Source of the DNA: Camelus ferus
Lineage: Eukaryota
Assembly (NCBI RefSeq): GCF_009834535.1
Contig: NC_045697.1
Coordinates: 105,154,001-105,218,000 of the forward strand
Direction of reading: 5' to 3'
DNA length: 64,000 nt
The translations under genes and the position numbers were made by a program. The notes under the pieces were generated by a model. The model saw only the letters and a program-made list of their open reading frames with translations, had not been told where the DNA came from and did not search any database. Position 1 is the stretch's first letter. The number at the start of each line of letters is the position of its first letter. Below, one piece after another: positions 42,881 through 55,507 of this stretch.

Positions 42881-44013
42881 GTAATGCTAGCAATATCAAA
42901 TCGCAGAGCCCAGTTCAACCGGGAAGATGCTGTGCACAGGCCAGACGAAAGACCATCAACCTAGACTAATTCTGCACTGGTTTTCCAATTAAATCACTCA
43001 ACATGAGTGGCAGGGAGGAGAATGCAATGTGTTTCAGAAATTCTGATACAGTTAATTAAAAAAAAGAAGAAGAAAGTAAAAAGTAGTCATGACCTCCCAA
43101 ATTGTACAAGATGCAGAAAGAGAGTGAAAACTACCTTTGTTCTTTGTATGATTCTGTATTGAGGCAGATTTGATTTAAATCCTGATCTTAAATACAGAGG
43201 TTTCCCCACCTTGGCCCCTGGGTACAAAGCTCATGAACAGTAAGTCTAATATAATGCCTATACCAATGTCAAGGAGGTCAAAACTCTAAAAGTCTTACCT
43301 AAAGTAAGATATGCTTTCCTACAATTTTTACTGTTTTTCTTCCTTCAAATCAAATACTTAACGTACAGGAAGCAACCAGAATTTATTTTTTCATAAAATT
43401 TTTTTTAGTGGAGGTATTGAGGATTGAACCCAGGACCTTGTGCATGTTAAGCATGTGCTCTGCCACTGAGCTGTACCCTATACCCACACCTGCCCTCTAG
43501 CTAGAATTTAAATATTCCACATTTTCTTGAGAACCAAGGCATACTGACTTAATTACTTCCTGAGAAGGGGAAAATTCATTTTTAAATGTAATGTTTGTAA
43601 AGCAACTCTTTACTGTTTCTAAAGCAGCTTAATATTCGTGTACTAATTTTTATCCTCCTAAATCTGAGAGATGGGTAGGGCAGACACTTTTAAGATTTAT
43701 TTTCTTCTATTTCTAGAAGAGGAAACAGAAGTTCAATTATTTGCTCAAAGACTCAGAGTGGGCAGTGTCATTCTGGCCTGCAGTCCAGGCTGTCAAACCG
43801 ATTCTCTCTCTTCACATTACACCTCTATGTAGAAATGATTTTGGAAACTGTGTGGGTGATGTTTCATTACACAGCTTCTTACTGGAGAACTCTCACAGTA
43901 AGTGTTTAAATTGTTGGATAATATCCAAAAAGCCTTTCACTAAAAATGTAAGTGGTCAGTATGGCTTCTAAGAGGGCGGTGTGAGTCTCCAAACTGAAGC
44001 CCTGGTTCTTCCT
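42881..44013 (-). pseudogene. Fossil exons 44013-43883, 43298-43135 and 43042-42881, module 2
   Basis: SLETHTALLEAI vs recalled LLETFSKLLELL. HIAFSSLPLMLSDLIGKPVQN vs KFSFYTKDAILKLLFHSGVEN. Donors gtaaga, gtagtt, gtaagt. Confidence 0.5.
43386..43502 (-). mobile_element. tRNA-derived SINE (Vic-1 type)
   Basis: ggattgaacccaggaccttgtgcatg...ccactgagctgtaccc, with an agaattta repeat on both flanks. Confidence 0.8.
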
Positions 44014-44870
44014 CTGAATCGAAGGAGAAAATAAAATAAATGAAGAGACTAGGAGGGAGGAGAAGGCATTTGCATTTTCCCTCAAATTATACAGTTTGGG
44101 TTCCATAAAAGAAATATAATTTAACAAGCCAGTACTACATCTATGGTGCTATGTGTAAAAGTGCAAATTTCTATTAAACTTCCTTCAAACCTCACCCAAT
44201 CTTCTCCTCAGCTAATGTGCTACGGTGACTTTTCAGTGCCGGTTCAGTTATGATGCCCTTCTAGATGACTATTCCTTAATCTTCTGTTGCATTTCATTGG
44301 CTTTATTTTGTGTTTTTACCATTAGAAAAGTAAACAGAACATTTTTGTAAGGATGCATGAGGTTGTCAGACGCCAGCGATTTGGTGGCGCCCTTAGTCAC
44401 ACTGTAAGGAGAAAGGACTTTCCTCACCCTTCCTTGGGGATCACTCTTTGCTACATCAGGCTCCCTGTTAAATTGGCAACACAGCACATGCAGGAAGGTA
44501 ATGCTTTTGTAAAAGGAATGTTACGGTCAACAAATTCCAAGCACTAGCATGTTAAGGAGCTTCAAATAGGGTGAGCCCGAGGGCAAGTGGAAACAATCTA
44601 CATTGCTACTGAGTGGTGCCACCGTTCCTTGGTGTCAGCCTGCTCTTCTCTAGATGTGAACTTGGTCTGTGATATTGGAGGGGGCGGCGTGGGGGGGGGG
44701 CAGAGAGAGGATGTGAGCCTGTGCCCAGATGCTTGTATGATAATTTCATGTGGTTCTGAAGTCGTCTTGTTGACATTCAAGGCTTCCCCTAGAACAGCCG
44801 TCACTGGGTGACTGAGTGAGCTGGTGCAGGGCTCTGCACGCATGTGTGTGCTTGTGTGTGCACGTGTTAC

Positions 44871-45138
44871 GGGCATCTGCTTATTTCTAGGGAAATTATT
44901 AGCCTCTCTCTCTCTTTCCAATCTAACAGCTCAGGATGGACTGTGAACAAAGACACCAAGGAGTAAGTGTAAAAGAGAAAAACAAAATCACTACACTGGA
45001 TATGGCTAGTTTTAAAGGGCAAAAAAATTACAGCAAAAATTTTGGAGACTTGAAACACTGGCTTTTTTTTCCCACAGAATTTTTCTGCCTTTTCAATCAT
45101 TAGTGGCTTCATGTTGTGGCTTCCTACAGTGTCATAAG
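44871..45138 (-). pseudogene. Fossil exon, start of module 2 (open frame)
   Basis: tttttgcag|CTTATGAC...|gtaaca, 268 nt, no stops, phase 1 fits the previous exon. DFVFLFYTYSLVSLFTVHPELLD vs recalled NVYLLEFHPSLGLVGLIPKALE. Confidence 0.6.
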
Positions 45139-47703
45139 CTGCAAAAATCACCATTTAGAACCTCTAATATGAGCAGTAACAAAGGCACAACGGTCCCTAC
45201 AGCCCACACCCTGCAGGCCTGCTCCACTGGTGCTGCGGGCACCAGCATCCAACGCATTCAGTTTCACTGCACAACTTCCATATACCGCACCGAACAGCCA
45301 AAGCAGCCTCTGACATCTGTTGCCTAAAACTAAGCCGATCTACCAAACTGTCTTAGAGCTAACCATGCAGTTTATTTTAAAATATGAAAGAAAATATCTC
45401 CAAGTAAAAAAAGTGAACTTTTTCAGAATTTTGTGTCTGCTTTTCCATAGAGACTCTTTATCCATTTTGATGAACTGATGTCTACAGCCTGCACAGTTTT
45501 AAACTCATCATCCCCTTTCTCAAAGTGTTTTCTTCCCAAGTCTCCGTCAGAGATCTCTGTCATTTCCCAGAACTGACCCACTGTCGGGGTCCTGCCAGTG
45601 GGTCCTTCTCACCCCTCAAACCAGGCCTTCTGCTCAACTGCACCCAAGTCAGGCCCTTCTTACTTTCCATCGTCCACAATCCCATCCTGGTCATCTTCTC
45701 TTCCTCGAGGCGGTGCCTGCCACTGGCCACTGCACAGACACCAAGGGACAACACTGCCTGTGCCACTGTGTTGATTTTGTCCTTATAAGAGACTCATTGT
45801 GTTTAAGAAGGGCTGAGATTTCTTACTGCAACAGGAGGGCCTGAGTCTGGCCTCTGGTGTCTTTGTTCAGTCGCCACCTCCACCTCTGGGCACCAGACAG
45901 GTCCTGACAACCTCCAGGGAGCAGACTCTGGTTCAAACCCCCATCTTCCCATTCCTCCACCACCCACACCCACTTCAATGCCTAACTGCCTCCTCATCCT
46001 CCCCATTTCCCGGGGCTCTGGTTTGGCATTGATTGCAGCCAATTCAGCAGTTTTCATTTTTGGTGTCAAATCATTCTCAAGGGGATGGAACCAGGTAAGC
46101 TGCACAATCTTAGGGGCACCATGAGCGATGTCCTGTGAGAGAAGCCATGTGTCCTCCGCTCTCGGGTCCATTTTCCGACCCCCAGGCATCCAGCAGCCAG
46201 CAGAGCTGAACAGTTAGGAACTTCCAGCTTTGTAGGAGGAAGGCTGTTCTTGCCCCAGTGCTCTGAGCCTGCTGGGTGACATCTAATTTTTACCATATCC
46301 AGGAAATGAAACACGAGATGACAAAAACTTTAAATAAAGCTTTAGATTAATATCAAGATGTTCAAGAGGTCCTTCAGGATGGTAACGATAATTTTTTTTT
46401 TTAATATAAAATAAGGAGTTCATTTTTAAGAAAAAAAATGGAGACTACCCAATTTCTTTCCCATTAGGGGCAAGAGAAATTCAAATTAGAGTTTCAACCT
46501 GGAATGGCTAGGAGTTAATTATTTAGAGTAGAGCGGGGTAACCGTTAAATTATAATGTGCTCTTCCTAAGTGTTCTAGAGCCAGAGACATTGCCCTACTT
46601 TTTGGTGGGTAAAAATAGTTGGGATCTGATGTAACTCCGTGAGAGGCAGGGTAGCTTACGAGCCAAGTACACAGAGTCACAGGGCCTGGGCTTCCTGGGT
46701 TCAAATCCCAGCTCGGCCACTTCCTCCGATCTGGCGGACCTGGGACTGACCCCCTCACCTTGCACATGTCTCAGATGACTGACTGCTAACACAAGGATAG
46801 ATAATAACTGTGCCTATTTCATAGGATTATTGGGAGGATTAAAATAATAATATACAATAAAGTCCTTCATGTGATGAGCACGAAGTCAGTCCTGAAATGT
46901 TTACTGCTGTTGCTATTAATTTGCAGAGCGGAAGGCATCCTACCATTAAGCCTTGTTAAAAAATAGTCCGTGTTTTCCTTGTCACAACACTTGCTTAGAA
47001 GAGTTCAGATTTAAAGATATTACCTTTCAAAACTCACAAAACTTCCAGATTTAAGAAACTGCTATGAGGAGAAATTGAGATAAAACGTCGGGAGCCTGGC
47101 ACAGCGCCTGCCTCGGCGTCTAGTAGCTGCTCCGTACGTGACAGCCATTATTCCAGGAGCAGGTGGTCGACAGGGTGAAGAGCGTTTCCAGCCCTGCTCC
47201 CTAAGATAAACCAAGCTATGTTCCCTTCATACCGATGGGAAAGTTACTTTTTAAATTTCAGGTTATAATTCACATGAAAAGAACAGGCACATTACAACCA
47301 AAGCAGCTCACGAAAGTTTTCTTATAAATAGGCAACCCCCTAAACTCGTTTTTAAGAACATCGTAGGCCAGGTGACTCACCACTGTCTGTGGCAGGGGAG
47401 GCGGGGGGCTTAGAAAACCCAGGAAGTGGCCAGTCTCTGTCAAGGCCAAGGGCCTCTATGCTCTGTGCCATCCCCATTCCTGGCTCTATTTTTCTCTTTC
47501 TCACTCTCATCTTCCCTTTGTTCTGCTTTTCATTTCACTCCTTAGAAATTTCTCTCTAACTCATGGAAAGCTGTGAGCTGCCTTGGATCCTTTTCTGGCA
47601 CAAGATGAACAGAAACACAAACATAGGGAAAAACTGCAGACTAATCACTGCGCTTCTCATTTATACTTTTCAAATGTGCTGCGTGAAGTGCACCTTCGTT
47701 TAC

Positions 47704-47809
47704 CATGTTAAGCCATGAGAAGCTCTCTTTGGATAATACTAATTTGCTTTTGGTCTATGTGTCCTTGCTTTGAATCATTTTCCAGTAAGTCACTTCAACA
47801 TATTTTTGA
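47704..47809 (-). pseudogene. Fossil exon at the module 1/2 junction
   Basis: ttctccaaag|...|gtaaac, 106 nt, phase 0 to 1. HIDQKQISIIQRELLMA vs recalled HHTRQRLSQKEQELDVA. Confidence 0.5.
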
Positions 47810-50026
47810 CTTTGGAGAAACAGTGACAGAAAGAAGGGTGAATCCCATACATATACGTAAATAGTTATCAATCAACAAATGTGGCTCGAGCACCTGTTAC
47901 ATGTTTGGCATTATCTCTGCACTGGTTAGCAAATCGAATCTCCTCACTCCTGTGTTTGGTTGTAGGTTCTGGACTGGCTAAGATTCAGTAAGAATCAAGC
48001 TTAAGGATGAATAAAGAACAAAAACTGGAATTGAAAGTTCCAAAGATACAATAATGCCTGAAGTTCAGTTAAAACCTGGAAGATTCAGAGACCAAGTAAC
48101 TAAGACTCTTCTGTGTACAGTTTGGAGGAGACAGAAAAATTATTCACACATGTGTATAAAACACACACACGCACACAAAACAATGTCCTAGGTTTATGTT
48201 CTCTAAGGTTCTAACCTTTGCTTATTCTTTGTTTCTCTAAATACCCATTTCTTGGGCAAATGCATCCATGCAACTTTCATGCATGATGATTCTAAAACCT
48301 TTATTTTCAACCCTACTTTGTTTCCCAAGCTTCAGAATCACACATCTAACTGCCGGTTAGAGGCATGTGAATGTTCTACAGACATTTCAAACTCACTGTC
48401 CTAAATGGAATCTCATTCCAATCTCCTTTATCCTGGCAGAGCTTTTTTCCATAGCGCCTCTCAGCTTTTCATCTGCTACCCAAATAACCCATCCATCGTG
48501 GTTCATCTCTCCACCACCCCTCACTGGGATGTAAGCTCCATCATGGTGAGGATCTTTGTCTACTGTGTTCACCTGATCTTCACCCAAGAAGTCCTCAGGT
48601 ATGCCTACAACAGTGTCTAGCATTTACCAGATACTGAGTAACTGTTTGTTGAATGAATGAACTTTGCCTCCCACGCCCCCAAAGCTGCTCCCACTCCAGC
48701 GTTCCCAGTCTTAGCAAAGGGCACCTGTAGCCGCGCCTGGGGAATCATCCTAGATCTTTGCTTCCTTACCTTCCACCTAGAGCCACCGGTGTTACCTCCC
48801 AGGTAGTCCTGTCAGCTGTCCCTCCTCTCTCGCTCCCTAACACTGCTGGTCTAGCTCTGTCTCCGGTCATCTCTTACCAAAGTGATTTACAAGAGCCACT
48901 GGAACTGTCCCTCTCTCAATAAGCATACCTCCCTTCAGCCAGATAGTAAATGCACACCTGCGCTTACCATTCTGCTGTATGAAAACATCCAGAGGCTCTG
49001 TTTTGCCCAAGGGTAAATTCAGACCCCTCCGTGGAGTCCAGGACCTGGACCCAGTCTGCGTCTTTGGCCTCCCCTTCCATCACCTCACACCTCACGTGCT
49101 CACAGTGGCAACTGCCTCTGGTGCCCCCTCAGCTTTGCCAATTCTCATCTTTCAGGATTCACTTTGTGGGATCAATTCTTTAAGAAGCTTCCCTGACCTT
49201 CCAGGTTGGCCTAAATGTCATGGCTCTTGTGTTTCTATGGCAACCAACTGAAGGGCTACAAAATATCTGGGGAAACACTCACAATTAACACTAGAGCCTC
49301 ATGCTTATGTAAGGAGGAAAAGAGTAGTCATAAAAATCAAAGATACAATCTACTGGGTAGATATTTATTTAAGCTCTTACAGTTAAGTAGTTAGAAAGAA
49401 TCAGGTTACCTGGCCCCTAATTTCTGGTAAAGGAAAAAAAATAAAAAACCCTTCATCTTTAAAGTGTTTTGTGAGCAAACTGTAAGCCAGGACAGTCCTT
49501 GGTTTCCTATCTCTGACTCAGCAGTTTTTCGGGAGTGACAACAGCCTCTTATGCCAACTAGCTTCCTACTGGACACACGGGAACAGAGAGAGCCTAATCG
49601 TGTCGTGACCTGAAGATATCTAATAAGTATATGTTATTTCCTTGTTGTATCATTTCCTTAATTTTAGATTGCCAGCTACGAGGGGATAGCTATATTTCAA
49701 GTGTTATGTAATACCATCCTGCTTTAGCTTGTGTCCCTCAAGTTCTCTATCCGCGGCATAATTGCACCGCTGCCACCCACTCCCCCAGACCTCATCTTTG
49801 CTCACACTCTTGCTGGCTGGGACCCCCTGCTCAAGAGTGCACGCGGCATCGATGGGGATAACTTGGGTCCACGCCACGGTGAGACATGCTTTCATCTGGA
49901 CCTGTTCGGCTTACACATTCATTTTAGAAAGGCGAAGAAAATTAACTGTTAATCAACCATTATATTTCCTTAAGAACATTTTCTCCCACAGAATAACCAA
50001 TCTATGAGTTTAAAGATTTCTTACTT

Positions 50027-50304
50027 CTGGTTACCAGAGGGAGAAAGGGGGGTGTAGAGGGATAAAGTAGGATCCAGGATTTGCAGATACTAACTACTAT
50101 ACATAAAATGGATAAACAAGGCCCTACTGTGTAGCACAGGGAATTATATTCAATACCTTATAATAGCCAATAATGAAAAAGAATATGAAAAGGAATATAT
50201 CTATATAGCTGAGTCACACTACACTGTACACCAGAAATTAATACAATATTGTAAACTGACTATACTTCAATTTAAAAAAGTAAATAAAAAACCTGCAAGA
50301 AAAG
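50027..50304 (+). mobile_element. Short L1 3'-end insertion
   Basis: Similar to the L1 3' UTR at 16365-16620. TSD aaagatttcttactt at 50012-50026 and 50305-50319. Confidence 0.85.
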
Positions 50305-50317
50305 AAAGATTTCTTAC

Positions 50318-51335
50318 TTATATGCTGTGAAGTTCATGTAAAAGGAATGAGGTGCATGTTTCCAGCCTTGGGTACCTTAAAAACTGCGTATTTGAGGACT
50401 CCTGAAATTAATCTACAATTAGATCTTTTAAGGCAATTTCATTTCAGGAAATAGATTTATAAGTACTTAAAGGGAAATGTCTGAGTGTGGAAAAAGACAT
50501 CATATGATTTTGGCTGATCGTACCAAGATCTGGACTCTTTGGCTTAACAGGTCTGCTTACAAAACTATAAATCTAATTGACTTTACACAACAATGAACTC
50601 TCTTCCTCTTTTACAGTGCTATAACTCTTCCGTGATTTGTGGTCGCTGCGTCCTCCAGACACTGCTTATATACTGAGTATCCAGGAAGGAAATTAGGTTA
50701 TAAAATAGTATGCTGAGTGTAGTCGGCTCTGTTCTTTGAGGGGTCGCAAAGTAAAATGCACAGGAGATGAAACTAACAGCAATTTACAGTTGGAAAGAGA
50801 CTGAGACAGTAAGAACTCAGACTAGAATTAGAAGTTGCAGATAGAAGTCCAAAGGCCTGCGTAAATTTTTGAGCCAGTTTCACTGCTAATTTACTGACTC
50901 GGAGGGAAGTCATTTAACCTCAAATGAGCTTATGCCATACAGGTACATTCATGTGTACACTCATTTATTTAGCGGCTACTAAGTATCTATGGTGTTGCCA
51001 GTTTCCAGAGATAAGACTCTGTCCTGCCCTAAAGACATCTAACAGGGGAGCTAAAAGTCCAGTTCGTGGCTCTCAGTATTTTCTCTACTGTGCAGCTCCC
51101 AAGTTGGGACTGTCCCCATGAGCTAAGGAGATTTGTTACAGGAGTAAATCTTGGTAGTTCAGTCCACATGTTGGAAAATGTGGAAAAGCCCCTCCAGAAA
51201 ATTTCGACAGACACTCCATTTCCCCCACCCGCCCTGCCCCGACATCCTTTGTGAGAACTGCTGGCCAAGGAGGATCTTACAGCCTCGAAGGGCAGTTCTA
51301 TGGGCAAAATTACGTATTATGGGAAAAACGAAGAC
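50318..51335 (-). pseudogene. Fossil exons 51335-51281 and about 50733-50318, end of module 1 core
   Basis: VFVFPIIRNFAHRTALRG followed by gtaaga. LFYNLISFLDTQYISSVWRTQRPQITEEL vs recalled LQKLLESLEIHMIQEVLRKVNKEMTLVL. FLRYPRLETCTSFLLHEL vs ITFRKDHLEACLLSLGCDV. One frameshift. Confidence 0.55.
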
Positions 51336-51677
51336 CTAACAGTGCAACGTTGCTGAGTCATTTACACAGTCTCTGTGCACAGATATGCCCAGAGAACTTC
51401 AGCATCTGTTCCTAGAGCAGAGTCAAGATCTAATATTTTGATGCCATTTTACCATGTATAAAATCTGCAAAAACAGTGTTTTCATGTAAGTTTTCATAGC
51501 AATAGGTAGGGCAATACTACCTTTTCCACTTACATATAAAGAAACGGAGGTCCAGGTAGGTTAAATAACTTGCCGTCATCTCATACCTAGAGAGTGGCAG
51601 AGCTGGAAGTTAAAACCAAGTCTTTTGGACCCTAACGTCAGTCCAGTTTCCACCACTAGGGAGAACCCTACTTAAAA

Positions 51678-51678
<1 letters not shown>

Positions 51679-51727
<49 letters not shown>
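51679..51727. repeat. (TG)n microsatellite
   Basis: About 24 TG units read directly. Confidence 0.95.
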
Positions 51728-51730
<3 letters not shown>

Positions 51731-53419
51731 CTTATTCTTTTTCTTAAGATAGAAAGGTCCTGACAAACCTTCCAGGCAAATTAACAATTCAAATTTAAAA
51801 ATAAAATGATAAGCTTCCAATTTAAGGTACAGGAGTATGGCTCTTAACTGATATTAATGGTTAAAAAAAGGTTTTCTGCATGAGGCTTCTAAGTGTTTCT
51901 ACACTAAATGTTTAGGAAGAAAAAACAAGCGCATATATACATCCCATTAAACAGAACACAGAGAACGTAACTTACACTGAAAACAAATGGCAGGCAGTCT
52001 CCCTACATAGTCAGCGCTAGGTCGTGTTTCTCCCGCCTTCTCTCTAGCGGTCATGTCCAGTTCTGCCCCTGGTGTTTTTAGTTCCTTCCGATTGTAACGA
52101 ACTCCCCTCCTGTCAGCAACCTCTACCTGCTTAGAAGTCTCTGCTTTTGTAATCTGAGGAGGAGTGTGAGGTCAAAGCCAGAAAACAACCTTAATAATTA
52201 TTCAAATATAAAACCACACATGCATGTTTGCCTGTGTGTATGTATGCACACACAGAGCCACATATGCATAGAGACACACTACGGGGACCACACTTCGTCT
52301 CAATGTCTGCATCACTTCCCTAATCATCACAAGCAGGCATCAACACAATGACATATAGAGGACTTTTATGAACTCGGGAATGATGGAAAATGGAAAGAAC
52401 AGATTATGAGATTATTAGAGTTATGAGGCCTTAGTTTGGATCTAGGTTTGGGATCATAAGACTTTAATATGGATCTAAGTTTGGCCCAATGATTCTGAAT
52501 AGATTAGTTGACTGGGTCTGATCCCAAATGTCTACCTGTAAAAACGAATAAAAATAACATGCATATACCCGAACTTTGTGAAATTAGTGCCTGCAATTAC
52601 ACAAAACATTAAAAAAATAATTTCTTATTAAATCAAAAAGTTCTGATACAAAGATAGTCCTATTTCTCACATGTTCTCTCTCTCTCTCACACACAATTAA
52701 ACAGTAAGCAGATACAAATACAGAACAAAAACAAGTAAGTCATTTACTCTCATGAAGTTTATATTTTAAACATATAGCCTTGTTTCACACAGATGAGCGT
52801 TAAAATTCTAATTCACACACACACAAGGAATAAGCTAAAGTGATAAAAGTCTTAAATGGCACCTGTCAAGGTTCATTATCCATCACTGATCAGCTTTCCA
52901 ATGAAAGAAAAAGATGTGCAGATACTTAGGCGTTTCTGTATTTATACGTGCCTCAGTTACAAAAACAATTCTTTCCTCAGCTACTTCCATAGAGACTACT
53001 TAAAACAACAAAAGCCAAGCAAAAACCTCCAGAAAGTTCTCTTGCTTCAGAAGCAGAGAGCAGGTTCTGTAAATAGCCAAAATGTGGGTTCTGATATGAA
53101 GGCTGACCCACAGGCAGGGCTACAAAGAGGCACCCACTCCAAATGCCCTTCTCCCCACTGTTTATTCTCACTTATCCCTCTGTTCACCAGTTAGTAAGCC
53201 AAGGAGGGGAGTCCTCGTATTGGAAGGCACAAAGTGGCATTAGAAAGATGCCAGAGGTAAACCCTACCTCCTTACCTTCTCCTGAGCCAGTCATACAGTT
53301 AAGGAAAGACAGAAGAGAGTGGCGGGGACGATAGTCTTAAATTAAATACATTGATTTCAGTACTATACACAAAATTTCTTCCCCCATTTTCTGGAAATCA
53401 GCCTTCTGGAACCCACCTT

Positions 53420-53860
53420 TTTCTCAGGGAAATGCTGGTGCCCACCATCGGCCTAAGTGGTTCAGGTTGGCCAACTCCAGCCAGAAGTAGCCTATCAGAT
53501 GGCTGCACTCCCCGGCCACAGTGACTGGTGGGGAGGGCGCCACGTGAGTCAAGTTCAGTCTATGGAAATTCAACTGGGGGCTTTCATAAGGAAGCCTGGG
53601 AACTGAAAACCTCTTTAATGGAAGCCTGGTGGCTGTCTCATCACCATGAGGGAACCTGCACAGGACTAGAGCAAGAGCAAAGTCAAGTAATGGAGAGAAT
53701 GAGAGTGAGTTCAAATGACCTGGCTTAAGACCATGGCTTGCCTGAAACCAAGCCCACAATAGGACTTTCCAGTTATATGGGCCAATGAATTTACACTGGT
53801 GCTTAAGCCAGTCTGTGTTGACTTTCCTGTCACCTATAACCAAGAGCCCAAATCCCAAGA
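53420..53860. mobile_element. Degenerate MaLR (MLT1-like) LTR next to the full-length L1
   Basis: MLT1-like motifs (tcagatggctgcactcccc, ggactttccagttatatgggccaat, taaccaagagc). Confidence 0.5.
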
Positions 53861-55507
53861 AAGAAATGAAGAACTGGGAGAAGATGGCGGAGTAGAAGGA
53901 CGCTCGCAGGTCACCCTCTCCCACAAATACACCAAGACCCACATCTACAGACCCACTCAGCCAACCAGAGCACCTGCGGAACTCCGGCAGAACATCGCCC
54001 TCTTCAAAAGATAAAGACACCAAAAATCTGGTAGGAGAAAAGGAAAAAAGAAAGAACAAAAGGCAAAGCAGCGCGGGACGGGTCCCGCGGGGAGGGAGCG
54101 GCAAAGGAGGACTGGCGCTCGCTCGCTGGGTCTCCCCTCTCCAACTGAGAGGCCAGCGGGACGGAGGGGGAGCCTCCGAGGCTCGGATCTGTACAGAGCA
54201 GCCCTTGACTAACAGAACTAAGTTAAACGGGCACAGAGCGTCCCCCCAACACCCAGCCTGAGACGCGGGCCTGCAGCGGCGGGCAGGGCCAGGCTGCACA
54301 AGCCGGGTGGAGGACGGAAGTGGCTGCATGGAGGCAGCCCCGGGGGAATGCAAGGAGCTGCGAGCCATGGCTGTGGGTGCACAGGGCAGAATAACCTGGG
54401 CCCTCCATAAAACAGCAAGGTTGATGTGCTCTCGGGGGGAAGGGTGCACATCCCCATCTCTGAAAACCCGCGGAAAGTTTTCCCGGGAAGAGAGGCGGGG
54501 CTCAGGCACAGCCGCCATATCCTCCGCGCTGATCACCCAGGCGGGGGCGGGGGCGGGGGCGAAACCTGCATCCGCACCAAAGGGCTTAGCAGCAGCCCGG
54601 GGCAGATAGGATCCTTCCATCCTGGTCCCTCAGAGAACTTGCTCCACAAAGACAAACAAAGAGCTGGGTTTTGGCTCGGAGCAGGGACAGGGCTGTGCCT
54701 CAGTCTTCCCTGAGCCCACCTGCGGAGCGCGCAGCCGCACAGAGAGCGGAGCTACCAGCAGCGCAGGTAGAGGGAGAGCGCCCCCCCCCCCCCCCCCTTT
54801 CAGGCAGGAACACAGCCCCTGACCGAGGTGCTGGGAGGGGTCACGACCCGCCCTCCTACCCGGCCAGTCTGCAACATCTGACTGCGGCATCCGGAGGGGC
54901 AGCAACCCGCCCGCCCACAGCAGAGAGCTGCATCTGACCCAGTGTTAGGAGGAGGCGCGATCTGCTTGCCGACAGGTGCTGGGAGCAGCACAGAAGAGGG
55001 CGCCAACGGAGGGCCTCTGAAAACAGCAAGCTGAGCTTCCAAAACAGGACGAAGACAGAAAGACTTCACATTAAAAACACACAGACTCCAGGAGAACACC
55101 GACAACCCCCCCCCCTTTTTTTTTAAGTCTGTTTTTACCTGTTCTATTTTCTATTACTCTCTTAATTTTTACTTCTTAATTCATTTCTATTTCTCTTAGG
55201 TTTTGATGTCCTGCTATTGATTAGACACAGGTTTCAAATACATCTATTCATCTCCCCCCCCCCTTTTTTTGTAAAGGTTTTAAAAGGACGTCTCAACCTG
55301 ATTAATACTCTGCTTCAACTCACTCCTCTATTATTCATTATACACTGTTTTCAAACCCTCATTCTCCCTTCTTTTAGAATTCTCTCTCTCTCTTATTTTT
55401 TTTTCTTTCTTTCCTAAGTTCTATTCCTAAATAGGCATTAGATAGATAAAATACTTAAGGACCAAAATAAACAACTGATACTCCATAAACCACAGTGCCA
55501 AAGAGGT

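Noticed and set aside
53876..55100. Host-gene CpG island promoter
   Set aside because: It lies entirely inside the TSD-bounded L1 and is the L1 5' UTR.
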